Source: a virus (Duplodnaviria; Caudoviricetes). Taken from it: a stretch of DNA of 54,273 nucleotides. This document shows, one piece after another, positions 45,374-54,037 of the stretch. The stretch covers positions 1 to 54,273 of IMG/VR virus record IMGVR_UViG_3300043431_000269. One strand, given 5' to 3'. The notes beneath the pieces were generated by a model. That model had not been told where the DNA came from and did no database searches. It worked only from the letters and a program-made list of their open reading frames with translations. The position numbers were made by a program, and so were the translations under genes. How positions within the stretch are numbered: the first letter of the stretch is position 1; the number at the start of each line of letters is the position of its first letter.

Positions 45374-45645
45374 TGAACCCAACCATTTTTTGCGTCGAGT
45401 CCCTCGCCGGGATACTCGCCGCGCTGTCAGCGGCCGCATGCGACAGCGAGGCCGCATGCGACAGCGAGGCCGACGCGCGCGCCAACCCGTTCGAAATCCA
45501 CCTGCAAGACACCCACTTCAAGATGCGCTTCCCGAAGGGCTTGCGCGAAGCCCGGCGCGCCAACATCTCGCGCCTGATCCGTCGCACACCGAAGTCGGCT
45601 TTCATTTCCAGCAGGCCCGCCGTGGGAGAAAGCGCGGGGTCCTGA
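45373..45645 (+). CDS. hypothetical protein (contains an 18-bp tandem duplication, AACDSE x2)
   Basis: GAAAGG RBS; ends 1 nt before the primase start. Confidence 0.55.
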   Translation: MNPTIFCVESLAGILAALSAAACDSEAACDSEADARANPFEIHLQDTHFKMRFPKGLREARRANISRLIRRTPKSAFISSRPAVGESAGS

Positions 45646-45646
45646 T

Positions 45647-48361
45647 ATGGCGGACGCATCCAACACCCCTCTCGCGCGCGCGCTGACCCCGCTGGTGCGC
45701 CGGGTCCGCACCGATGTCACGGCGGTCAAGCGGGCCGACGGCAGCCGCTGGACCAACGAGCCGCTGACCGACGAGGCGCTGCTGCGCCATGTGAACGGCG
45801 GGCCGGCGCGCGGCGTCTGCCCGATCAAGGCCGGCGAGAGCGTGACGATGGTCGCGCTGCTGGACTTCGACAGCCACAAGGGCGAGACGACCTGGCCCGA
45901 GATGATCGCGTGCGCGCGCGCCGTGATCGAGCTGCTGGAGTGCGACGGCAACAAGCCGGTGGCGTTCCGCTCGTCGGGCGGCAAGGGCATTCACATTTAC
46001 CTGCTGTGGGAGCAGCCGCAGGACGCATACAGCGTGCGAGCCTACCTGGCCGACGTGCTCGCGTGCCTGGGCTACGCGAACGGCACCAAGGGCGTGAAAT
46101 TCAGGCAAGTCGAGATTTTCCCCAAGCAAGACGTGGTGGAAATCGGGGGCTACGGAAACCAGTTCATCCTGCCGCTGGCCGGCAAGTCCGAGCCGCTTGA
46201 TCCGCTGTTCGACTACGAGCCGATGGGCAAGGCGTTCATCACGCAGATCGCCTGGGAGGACTCGCCCCCGGTCGAGCGCCGGGCGCGCGAGGAGCGCCAG
46301 ACCGTCAGCGCCAGCAACGACGGGGGGTTCGAGCCGCTGGCGCGCGTGCGCAGCGCGCTGTTCGCCGTGCCCAACCAGCCGGGCGAGTTCGCCGACGCGC
46401 CGGACTACGACCGCTGGCGCGACCTCGTGTTCGCGGTGCATGAAGCCACTGGCGGCTCGCAGGCTGGTCTGGACCTTGTGCTGGAGTGGTCCGAGCAGAA
46501 CCCGGACAAGCACGACCCCAAGTTCCTGACCGAGCGGGTCTGGCCCTACATCAACAGCGCGCAGCAGCGTCGCGGCAGCGCCATCACGCGCGGCACGCTG
46601 TTCGCCGAGGCGGCGCGCCACGATTGGGCCGACACGACCGGGATCGACTCCGATGGCTTCGAGGACGTGCCCCAGCAGCAGATCGCCGAGGCCCGGGCGC
46701 TGATCACGCGCGACAAGGCCGCCGCCGCCGAGACGCGCGCCGAGTCCCTGGGCGAGCGGCGTGACGCCCTGGTGCGCCTGCGCGAGCAGTTCACGGCCGC
46801 CGAGGACTCGATCGCGCTGAAGGCCGTGGCCGTGCCGGCCGCGCGGCTGGTGCTGCAGCAGTTCCCCGACCTGCGCACCGAGGTCTCGGCCATGATCAAG
46901 GCCAGGGCCAAGGACTTCGAGCTGGCGCTGACGCAGAGCGACCTGACGAAGATGCTGGCCGGCCCGAGCCAGCCGACCGTCAAGACGGCGCGCCCGCTCA
47001 CCGAGTTCGGCAATGCCCAGCGCATGCTCGACAAGTTCGGCGACGGGCTGATGTACGTGCCCGAGATCGAGCAGTGGTACGTATGGACCGGCGTCTATTG
47101 GCGCAAGGCCAACGGCGTCGAGATCGAGCACTGCGCCAAGGAGGCCGTGCTGGCGCTGGTTGACGAGATCGACGACATCGACCCCGACAAGTTGGCCGAC
47201 TTCTTCGAGCACTGCCGGCAGTCGCAGCGCGCGGCGATGGTGCGCAATATGGTCACACTCGCTGCCAGCGACCCGAAGGTCATGGTGCCCGTGGCCGAGC
47301 TGGACAAGCACGCGCACTATCTGGGCGTGAAAAACGGCGTGGTGGACCTGCGCACCGGCCAGCTCCTGCCGCCCTCGCAAGAGTGCCGCGTGACGCTCAC
47401 GGCAGGCTGCAACTACGACCCGAACGCCAAGTGCCCGCTGTTCGACCAGACGCTGCTCGACGTGTTCTGCGGCGATCAGGACATGGCCGACTACATGATG
47501 ACGTGCTTCGGGTATGCACTGTGCGGCGAGCCTACGGAAGACAAGATGTTCATCGCCTTCGGCAATGGCTCCAATGGCAAAAGCACAATATTCAACGCCG
47601 TCCGAAAAGCATTCGGTCAATACGCGCGGTCCGCTGACGCCAGTACGTTTTTGTCCGATGGTAAAGGAGGCGGGGCGGGCGGGCCTCGGGAAGACCTCGT
47701 GCGTTTGATGGGAGCCCGATTTGTCTATGTCAACGAGCCGGACGAGAACGGCGAACTGAAGGAGGGCACGGTCAAGTCGATGACAGGCGGCGACGCCATC
47801 CCTGCGCGCGCCATGTTCGCCAAGACCTCGGTCGAGATCGAGCCGACGTGGACCGTGTTCATGCCGACCAACCACAAGCCGATCATCAAGGGCACCGATA
47901 ACGGTATCTGGCGGCGCCTGGTGCTGCTGCCGTTCGAGCGGAATTTCGACGAGGACAAGTCCATCCAGAAAGACCCCCTCCGACAATCCAAGCTGGCGGC
48001 CGAACTGGAAGGAATCCTGGCAGCTCTGGTGCGAGCCGCGATCCGCTTCAAGAAGACGGGTTTCTTCGCTCCTGCGAAGGTTCAGGCTGCCCGGGACGCC
48101 TATCGGACCAACATGGACCTGCTTGCCGAGTGGCTTGAAGAATGCTGCGAGGTCGGAGCCAGCTTTGAGGTGCCGACCCAGCATTTGTGGGCATCGTGGG
48201 AAAGTTACGCGAAAAGTCGCGGACTTTTGAACTACATCAATTCGAGCGTGCGCCTAAGTCGCAGGTTGGACGGCCGGTTTGAGACAAGGAAGGGCACTGG
48301 AGGCATTCGCATGCGAATGGGACTTCGACTAAAGGATGACTTTAGCGAGGTCTTGCCCTAA
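45647..48361 (+). CDS. primase-helicase: AEP-type primase, PriCT-2, D5_N and P4/D5-family SF3 helicase
   Basis: LLDFDSH, SSGGKGIHIY, DYDRWRDLVFAVH, TEFGNAQR, KNGVVDLRTG, GNGSNGKST, KSMTGGD, TNHKP, GIWRR. Confidence 0.93.
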   Translation: MADASNTPLARALTPLVRRVRTDVTAVKRADGSRWTNEPLTDEALLRHVNGGPARGVCPIKAGESVTMVALLDFDSHKGETTWPEMIACARAVIELLECDGNKPVAFRSSGGKGIHIYLLWEQPQDAYSVRAYLADVLACLGYANGTKGVKFRQVEIFPKQDVVEIGGYGNQFILPLAGKSEPLDPLFDYEPMGKAFITQIAWEDSPPVERRAREERQTVSASNDGGFEPLARVRSALFAVPNQPGEFADAPDYDRWRDLVFAVHEATGGSQAGLDLVLEWSEQNPDKHDPKFLTERVWPYINSAQQRRGSAITRGTLFAEAARHDWADTTGIDSDGFEDVPQQQIAEARALITRDKAAAAETRAESLGERRDALVRLREQFTAAEDSIALKAVAVPAARLVLQQFPDLRTEVSAMIKARAKDFELALTQSDLTKMLAGPSQPTVKTARPLTEFGNAQRMLDKFGDGLMYVPEIEQWYVWTGVYWRKANGVEIEHCAKEAVLALVDEIDDIDPDKLADFFEHCRQSQRAAMVRNMVTLAASDPKVMVPVAELDKHAHYLGVKNGVVDLRTGQLLPPSQECRVTLTAGCNYDPNAKCPLFDQTLLDVFCGDQDMADYMMTCFGYALCGEPTEDKMFIAFGNGSNGKSTIFNAVRKAFGQYARSADASTFLSDGKGGGAGGPREDLVRLMGARFVYVNEPDENGELKEGTVKSMTGGDAIPARAMFAKTSVEIEPTWTVFMPTNHKPIIKGTDNGIWRRLVLLPFERNFDEDKSIQKDPLRQSKLAAELEGILAALVRAAIRFKKTGFFAPAKVQAARDAYRTNMDLLAEWLEECCEVGASFEVPTQHLWASWESYAKSRGLLNYINSSVRLSRRLDGRFETRKGTGGIRMRMGLRLKDDFSEVLP

Positions 48362-48363
48362 AT

Positions 48364-48461
48364 AGTGGCGGCAGTGGCAGTTTGACCCCATTTTTAAAGT
48401 CTTTCTCACCTCATGTAAGAGAGAGACTTAAAAATGACCTTAATCCGCCACTGCCGCCACT
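48364..48461. repeat. nested inverted repeat (origin candidate)
   Basis: AGTGGCGGCAGTGGC (48364-48378)/GCCACTGCCGCCACT (48447-48461) around an imperfect AT-rich IR (48389-48407/48419-48436). Confidence 0.75.
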
Positions 48462-48595
48462 CTGACGAAGTTGTGCAGTTTTTGCGTGGAAATAGAGAGC
48501 TGTTGAGCAATACGCTGGCCGGGCACCAAGCCCTGCCGTCCGAAGAAAGTCCTGCAAAAGATCGCAGGGAAAATTGGTGCAGAGAAAGGTCTGTC

Positions 48596-49051
48596 ATGGA
48601 ACTCAAGAACTCAACCCTCGACGACGTGGCCGCAGTGATCGGCTTCAGCGCGACGCTGCGCCTGGCCGCCTGGTTCGGCGACGGCAGCAACATCTACGTG
48701 CCGGAGAAGATCAGCGAGGGGCAGGTCCTGGCGAACCTGATCGGCCTCACGGCGGCGCGCCGGCTGTGCGACGAGTGGGGCGGCCAGCACCTCGCGCTGC
48801 CGCGCCTGCGGGCCTACGAGGACGACGTGAAGCGCCGCATCATCGCCAGGATGCTGGAGCACAACTTCAGCACCCGCGAGGTGGCGACGCACATGAGGAT
48901 GACCGAGCGCCGGATTCAGCAGATCGCGCGCGAGCTGGAGGCCGCAGGGCTGATCGACGTGATCGCGCCGAAGCGCAAGAAGCCGGTCGAGGCGATGCCG
49001 GCAAAGACGGGCGGGATTTGGGGCGGGATTTGGGACGGGCTCGGGAGCTGA
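48596..49051 (+). CDS. Mor/C-family late transcription activator
   Basis: DVAAVIGFSATLRLAAWFG..IYVP, LIGLTAARRLCDEWGGQHLALP, C-terminal HTH STREVATHMRMTERRIQQI. Confidence 0.8.
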   Translation: MELKNSTLDDVAAVIGFSATLRLAAWFGDGSNIYVPEKISEGQVLANLIGLTAARRLCDEWGGQHLALPRLRAYEDDVKRRIIARMLEHNFSTREVATHMRMTERRIQQIARELEAAGLIDVIAPKRKKPVEAMPAKTGGIWGGIWDGLGS

Positions 49052-49059
49052 AACTGCAG

Positions 49060-49148
49060 CAAAAATACCCCTGCAAAAACCTCCCTGAAAAAACCTCCCT
49101 GAAAAAACCTCCCTGAAAAAACCTTCCTGAAAAAGACCCCTGCAAAAA
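49060..49148 (+). repeat. six ~14-bp direct repeats (AAAAAACCTCCCTG consensus)
   Basis: units end in CCTG at 49073, 49087, 49101, 49115, 49129 and 49142. Confidence 0.9.
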
Positions 49149-49223
49149 GCGCCAGTGGAAACACCACTTTCGAGAGCTTTGCACTTAGCTGCAGAACCCA
49201 GCCGCACCAACTGAAAGACCGCG

Positions 49224-49439
49224 ATGGACGACAAGATTCGCATAGCACTGCAAGACATCATCGACAAGCAGATCAGGCCGTTGTTCGGCGACTCGACGGT
49301 GCTGCTCACGCTGGTCGCCCGGCACTCGGCAGGGCAGCGCAGCGGCTTCGCCGTGTTGAGCAACGACCCCGAGATTGCGGCGATCTTTCAGGTCGATGGC
49401 GCGAGCTTGGCGGCCCAGCACGGGCAGCGGCTGCAGTGA
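49224..49439 (+). CDS. hypothetical protein
   Basis: 71-aa ORF with plausible composition. Confidence 0.55.
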   Translation: MDDKIRIALQDIIDKQIRPLFGDSTVLLTLVARHSAGQRSGFAVLSNDPEIAAIFQVDGASLAAQHGQRLQ

Positions 49440-49490
49440 GGTGGCCCGCAGGCGGCGATGCGGAGGATCATGGCCGCCTGCGGGCCGAGA

Positions 49491-49778
49491 TCAGTCCGGT
49501 AGGCTGTGCATGTACCGGACCGTGCTCGCGGCGCGCTCCAGCGCCCGTACAGCGGCCCACACGGGGCCTGGGCTGAGACTGTTGCCCTTCAGATAGGCCG
49601 AGACACAAGCGTCACCTAAGTCCATCAGGCTTTTCAAGTCTACCTTCTTGCGTCTCGCCACCTCCGCAAGTGCCGACCTACTCAAGTAGATCATGCACGC
49701 TAGGCGTAGCTCTTGTTCAGTGTGCTCAGTTGCGAGGGCCGATACGATGGCGAGTTCTTCCTCTCTTTCTAATGCCAT
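49491..49778 (-). CDS. hypothetical protein
   Basis: 95-aa helical ORF, lower GC. Confidence 0.5.
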   Translation of the reverse strand: MALEREEELAIVSALATEHTEQELRLACMIYLSRSALAEVARRKKVDLKSLMDLGDACVSAYLKGNSLSPGPVWAAVRALERAASTVRYMHSLPD

Positions 49779-50107
49779 GTTCGTGCCACTGATTTGTCAA
49801 GACTTCTACTGCACTACACTTAATCCTCCTGCTTCTGAGGTTGCAACGTGTCCCGCCGTGTAGCCGACAACCCTCAGTTGCTGGCGCTGCTAGGCGTATA
49901 GGAATAAAAATTGAACGGGAGGGTACTCCCACCCCCGGGGTGTTCAATTCTATACATTGTGTTGCACCGCAGTAAAGCCGTTTATGACAATCAGCAACTG
50001 CTACGGGTCTTTACCGATCAAGAAGTTGCCGGAGATTGTTGCGAAAAAGCGCGAGCCCCTTTCCGGTTGATCCCCGTCAATCCATCCCCGTCCCGTTCGC
50101 GCTGGCG

Positions 50108-50552
50108 CTGCAGCGCCTGGCGGTCCCAGAGCTCGACCTGCAGCGCCAGCGGTCCCAGAGCTCGACCTGCAGCGCCAGCGGTCCCAGAGCTCGACCTGCA
50201 GCGCCAGCGGTCCCAGAGCTCGACCTGCAGCGCCAGCGGTCACTAGGCTCGACCTGCAGCGCCAGCGGTCCCTAGGCTCGACCTGCAGTGCCAGCGGTCC
50301 CTAGGCTCGACCTGCAGCGCCAGCGGTCCCAGAGCTCGACCTGCAGCGCCAGCGGTCCCTAGGCTCGACCTGCAGCGCCAGCGGTCCCTAGGCTCGACCT
50401 GCAGCGCCAGCGGTCCCTAGGCTCGACCTGCAGCGCCAGCGGTCCCTAGGCTCGACCTGCAGCGCCTGGCGGTCCCTAGGCTCGACCTGCAGCGCCAGCG
50501 GTCTCTAGGCTCGACCTGCAGCGCCAGCGGCCCCAGAGCTCGACCTGCAGCG
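50108..50552 (+). repeat. ~15 tandem copies of a 29-bp unit GCTCGACCTGCAGCGCCAGCGGTCCC(AGA/TAG)
   Basis: directly visible; two main variants plus 30-bp CCTGG variants; no spacers. Confidence 0.95.
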
Positions 50553-50606
50553 GCTATCGGCCTGCGCCTGGCAGGCTTTAGTGCGCGGGTTCGAAACCGA
50601 AACGCG

Positions 50607-50651
50607 AAAAAGCCTAGGGGTCGCCATGCTTTCGCATGACGACCCCTAGGC
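50607..50651 (-). terminator. terminator of the leftward early operon
   Basis: minus strand GCCTAGGGGTCGTCATGC-GAAA-GCATGGCGACCCCTAGGC-TTTTT. Confidence 0.8.
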
Positions 50652-50727
50652 GCTTTCATTTTTTGGCCGTGGCGGCCGGGTTACATGGTAAACCCCTCAA
50701 CACCCGGAACTTCCCGGGTCAGCAATC

Positions 50728-50958
50728 CTACTTCATTGCGGTCTTCATGTGCCGCGTCCAGCCGAAAAGAAGCTCTATCGCCGCGTCCACATGCGCGGGG
50801 GATGTCGCAGGCTCGCACTTGCGCATGTAGGCCCTGCACGCCGTCCCGCTCGCATCGTCTGCCGTATGACAGGTGATTTCGTGCGGCCGGTCCTTCGGGT
50901 TGTCCAGCCAGAAAATAGCAGGCTTTCCACTGGCGTTTATTTTGATTTCGAGTTTCAT
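50728..50958 (-). CDS. hypothetical early protein
   Basis: GAAGGG RBS, ATG. Confidence 0.65.
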   Translation of the reverse strand: MKLEIKINASGKPAIFWLDNPKDRPHEITCHTADDASGTACRAYMRKCEPATSPAHVDAAIELLFGWTRHMKTAMK

Positions 50959-51011
50959 GGTTTCCCTTCAGTCAGATTCAATCGACATTGAATTTCCCAG
51001 TCAACATTTTG

Positions 51012-51092
51012 ATTTCCCCTTTTGCGGCACCGTGCCGGACATGCCCACTGCAGGAATGGGCAAGTGCGACTATCGCGACTAGCGCGAGATCA
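51012..51092 (-). repeat. dispersed intergenic repeat copy R1 (diverged)
   Basis: matches R2-R4 with substitutions and a short duplication. Confidence 0.9.
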
Positions 51093-51686
51093 CGCCGTGA
51101 CGATATCGCGTGTTTCCCAGTAACGACGCTGTCGAGCTTCGCGCAACGCCGCGCGCCAGGCTTGCCGCTTTTGATCGAACACTGATTCGGCGATTCTGGC
51201 GGCCATTTCCTTTGCCTCGTTCTCGACATAGTCCATGTCTTCGCGCGAGCATCCGTAATCGAAACCCCAGCACGAGTCGGACTCGATTTCTTCGCCGTCA
51301 GCATTCAGCGCAGTAACAGTGATCCCGATGTAATACCGTTCACCAGTCAACCATTCGCGGCAATGCTCCATATCCCGCATCACGGCAGCGCGGACAATCT
51401 GGCGCTTAGTCATCACAGAAGTGTTGCCAGAGATTCCCCAGCCTTCAGACTTCGCCTTTTCGGTCGTTCCTTTGAAGTCATACAACCAGTAATGCCCACG
51501 GTCGGAATGGATGATCACCTCCCCGGGCGATTTCTCGGGGCGGCCGTAATGGGCGATAGCTTTGCGAATAATCCCGTGGCCGTCGCATTCATCCCATGGC
51601 ATGCCGTGGTCATTGTCATATGCGAGTTCAATTCGCACGGGTATCCCGTGAAGAACGATGGTTTCTGTATTAAAGGCTTCAGACAC
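51090..51686 (-). CDS. hypothetical early protein (cassette)
   Basis: RBS supplied by R2, stop inside R1; PWDECDGHG and DSCWGF motifs. Confidence 0.75.
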   Translation of the reverse strand: MSEAFNTETIVLHGIPVRIELAYDNDHGMPWDECDGHGIIRKAIAHYGRPEKSPGEVIIHSDRGHYWLYDFKGTTEKAKSEGWGISGNTSVMTKRQIVRAAVMRDMEHCREWLTGERYYIGITVTALNADGEEIESDSCWGFDYGCSREDMDYVENEAKEMAARIAESVFDQKRQAWRAALREARQRRYWETRDIVTA

Positions 51687-51690
51687 TTCG

Positions 51691-51762
51691 ATTTCCCCTT
51701 TTGCGGCACTGTGCCGATATTACCCACTGCGAGAATGGGCAATAGCGACTAGCGCGAGATCA
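51691..51762 (-). repeat. dispersed intergenic repeat copy R2 (72 bp)
   Basis: near-identical to R3. Confidence 0.95.
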
Positions 51763-52659
51763 AGCGGCCTGTCCCAGTTCGGAGCTGATCAGTCCGAGGG
51801 ATTCGGCCATTTTGTAAATCTCGGAATAGGGGATGTCGTGGCAACCAACGACAATCGACCCATTGGCGCGAATCATCTCCAGCATGTAATGACCAACGCG
51901 CGTACCGTTGATGGCGACATCCCTGCCGGTACGCCTAGCGGCTTCGATCATCGGCCAGATACTTGATGCCGCCGAAACGGGGATGTCAGCGCCGCGCGAC
52001 GTTTGGATGACCTGCAGTTCGATATTGACCCGAAGCGCAACCGGGAAGTCAGAAAACCCCGAAACGCTCACCTGCTTGCCTTGAATCCAGGCATTCAACC
52101 TACCTTCTGCTTCGCGCATGCGGGCGATACGCGCGATTTCCTCGCGTTCGCGCCGGCCAGCCTCATATTTGAGCATCACCTCGCGGAGGTATTCGAGGTT
52201 GCTCGTATCGAACGGGGTACATCCGCCACGCTCACCTTCAGGAAGCGCCGCCAGGTAGGCGTTAGCGTTCGCTGCCGTCAGGAGTGCGGCCGCCTTTCGA
52301 GCATCTCGCGTCCGTTGCAGAATCCGTGGCGCTTCGGCGGATCCGAGGGCCGCGACGATTTCTTCTTGCGCCTGGCGCATGTTGGCGGCCGCAGTGTTGG
52401 CCGGGTCATGGCAAAAGACGACCTTGTAATGGCGCGCAGCGGAACGGGCGCAACGGATGTGCGCCGCCGTGGTATTGCTATAGATTCGAGTCGTGAAGGC
52501 GACTGCGCCGGACGGCAGAATGCGGGCTATGCAGAAATGACGCCCGTAACTGAAGCAACTATCCCCGTTGAAAAACACGTTTCCCGAACGGCCCTCGGAT
52601 TGGACTTGATTCGCCCAGTAATGAAAAACCTCATTCGATGACTTAAGAGCTTTGCGCAT
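51760..52659 (-). CDS. hypothetical early protein (cassette)
   Basis: RBS from R3, stop in R2; HYWAN..FSYGRHF.IA..YSNTT..H N-terminal motif. Confidence 0.8.
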   Translation of the reverse strand: MRKALKSSNEVFHYWANQVQSEGRSGNVFFNGDSCFSYGRHFCIARILPSGAVAFTTRIYSNTTAAHIRCARSAARHYKVVFCHDPANTAAANMRQAQEEIVAALGSAEAPRILQRTRDARKAAALLTAANANAYLAALPEGERGGCTPFDTSNLEYLREVMLKYEAGRREREEIARIARMREAEGRLNAWIQGKQVSVSGFSDFPVALRVNIELQVIQTSRGADIPVSAASSIWPMIEAARRTGRDVAINGTRVGHYMLEMIRANGSIVVGCHDIPYSEIYKMAESLGLISSELGQAA

Positions 52660-52663
52660 TTCG

Positions 52664-52735
52664 ATTTCCCCTTTTTCGGCACCGTGCCGATATTACCCAC
52701 TGCGAGAATGGGCAATAGCGACTAGCGCGAGATCA
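52664..52735 (-). repeat. dispersed intergenic repeat copy R3 (72 bp)
   Basis: minus strand TGATCTCGCGCTAGTCGCTATTGCCCATTCTCGCAGTGGGTAATATCGGCACGGTGCCGAAAAAGGGGAAAT. Confidence 0.95.
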
Positions 52736-53185
52736 GATCGGGGCGTATTTAAGCGCGTAGCCGCCCGCATTGTCTGGCACGCCGTTACGTGTACCGTGAG
52801 GTTCCGGCGTACCGTGAGGCCACATTGCGGAGCCGAGGTAATAAAAACCCATGTCCATGCTGCAACCGGAAACTTTCAATCCACCGTCGCGCCCTATTTT
52901 CCATCCCAACAAGACAGACGCCCTGCAAGTGATATCCACCATTTTGCCATGGTAGACGACAAAAAGGCTGATTGTGCGAGACATGCCCGAGGACGAAACG
53001 GACCGAACCCGCGCGTAAATGGTGGACCCTGGCTCAATCATTTCGAGCAGGCTGGCGCGAGCTTGATTGTATAGCTCGCGATCGCCTTCGGCGGCCGACA
53101 CGCGGACCGAATCATTGTAGTATTCAGGATGTTCAGTGGTGAACACTCGCCCGTTGGGTGCTTTTAAGTATTGAAGTTTCGCCAT
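52733..53185 (-). CDS. hypothetical early protein (cassette)
   Basis: RBS from R4, stop in R3; VSSSGMSRTI and GCSMDMGF motifs. Confidence 0.78.
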   Translation of the reverse strand: MAKLQYLKAPNGRVFTTEHPEYYNDSVRVSAAEGDRELYNQARASLLEMIEPGSTIYARVRSVSSSGMSRTISLFVVYHGKMVDITCRASVLLGWKIGRDGGLKVSGCSMDMGFYYLGSAMWPHGTPEPHGTRNGVPDNAGGYALKYAPI

Positions 53186-53188
53186 TTT

Positions 53189-53254
53189 ATTTCCCCTTTT
53201 TCGGCACCGTGCCGATATTACCCACTGCGAGAATGGGCAATAGCGACTAGCGCG
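53189..53254 (-). repeat. dispersed intergenic repeat copy R4 (66 bp)
   Basis: identical to R3 over 66 bp. Confidence 0.95.
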
Positions 53255-53262
53255 GGCGAATG

Positions 53263-53499
53263 TTATTCGCTATCTTCATCCTGCAATTCTTGAGGGCTCA
53301 ACAGTCCGATAAGGGCCTCCCTGTTGCGGATTATGTTTTCCACGATGGTGATGCGCTCGCGCGGAGACAATCCCATGGAGTTCAGAACGTTAGCCTGGAC
53401 AAACTCACCAATCACGTCGAGCTCGTGACTTACCGCCTTTTCGAGCGTGGGGAACTGCCTATTCCCAACAATGAAAACTTTGACACTCGTGATTTTCAT
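53263..53499 (-). CDS. hypothetical early protein
   Basis: GGAGGT RBS, ATG. Confidence 0.7.
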   Translation of the reverse strand: MKITSVKVFIVGNRQFPTLEKAVSHELDVIGEFVQANVLNSMGLSPRERITIVENIIRNREALIGLLSPQELQDEDSE

Positions 53500-53548
53500 T
53501 ATTTACCTCCATCGATTCATGTTTGAAGATTGATTTGCCCCGAATGAT

Positions 53549-53716
53549 TCAGTCCCGATAGGCGACCATAGCCAGGGCAAAAAAGATCGTCGAGGCCGTC
53601 ACGGCGCCGATGGTTTCGCCGTAGGTCATGGCGCCTTCAATGAATGCACCAGCAAGAGCCGACTGCATGAAGACAACCCCGAGAATTCCGAAAAAGATCG
53701 AAGCCAAATTGTTCAT
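53549..53716 (-). CDS. 55-aa two-TM membrane protein (missed by the ORF track)
   Basis: AAGGGG RBS; MNNLASIFFGILGVVFMQSALAGAF...TIFFALAMVAYRD. Confidence 0.6.
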   Translation of the reverse strand: MNNLASIFFGILGVVFMQSALAGAFIEGAMTYGETIGAVTASTIFFALAMVAYRD

Positions 53717-53776
53717 GACGTTCCCCTTTTGTGTACGAAAGTGGTTATGAAAATCAGCGATTTCTGCATTTGTCGG

Positions 53777-54037
53777 TCATTCATCCGAATCAACTGACCT
53801 GACCTCGATGCAGTTCCCCCCAAGCGCGTCGGCTTGCTCGACCATTGCGGCCCAACTCGCGTATCCTGCATCGTTGGCAAATGCCCCCATAGCGGCGGCT
53901 TTCGTCGCGCCAGAGTAGTCGCCGAAGTCCACGCATCCTGCGCTGAAATTGAAGGTCATGACCGTGGCCAGCATTGGCATTTCTGAGTTGACTTCAATCA
54001 CCTCCTGCGCCAGCCGTTCGCGCTCAACCGAGTTCAT
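53777..54037 (-). CDS. hypothetical early protein
   Basis: GAGG RBS; FGDYSG.T...A..AFANDAGY motif. Confidence 0.65.
   Translation of the reverse strand: MNSVERERLAQEVIEVNSEMPMLATVMTFNFSAGCVDFGDYSGATKAAAMGAFANDAGYASWAAMVEQADALGGNCIEVRSVDSDE

Noticed and set aside
45602-48184. Long antisense ORFs (also 14244-16529, 17482-19458, 26614-28437)
   Set aside because: Shadow frames of GC-rich genes on the opposite strand; no motifs or RBS
50108-50552. CRISPR array (29-bp unit sharing GCGCCAGCGG with type I-E repeats)
   Set aside because: Units are directly adjacent with no unique spacers, lack the I-E stem and terminal motif, and no cas operon is present
51012-53254. Integron attC sites or CRISPR repeats
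   Set aside because: No RYYYAAC/GTTRRRY ends and no integron integrase; the intervening sequences are whole genes, not spacers
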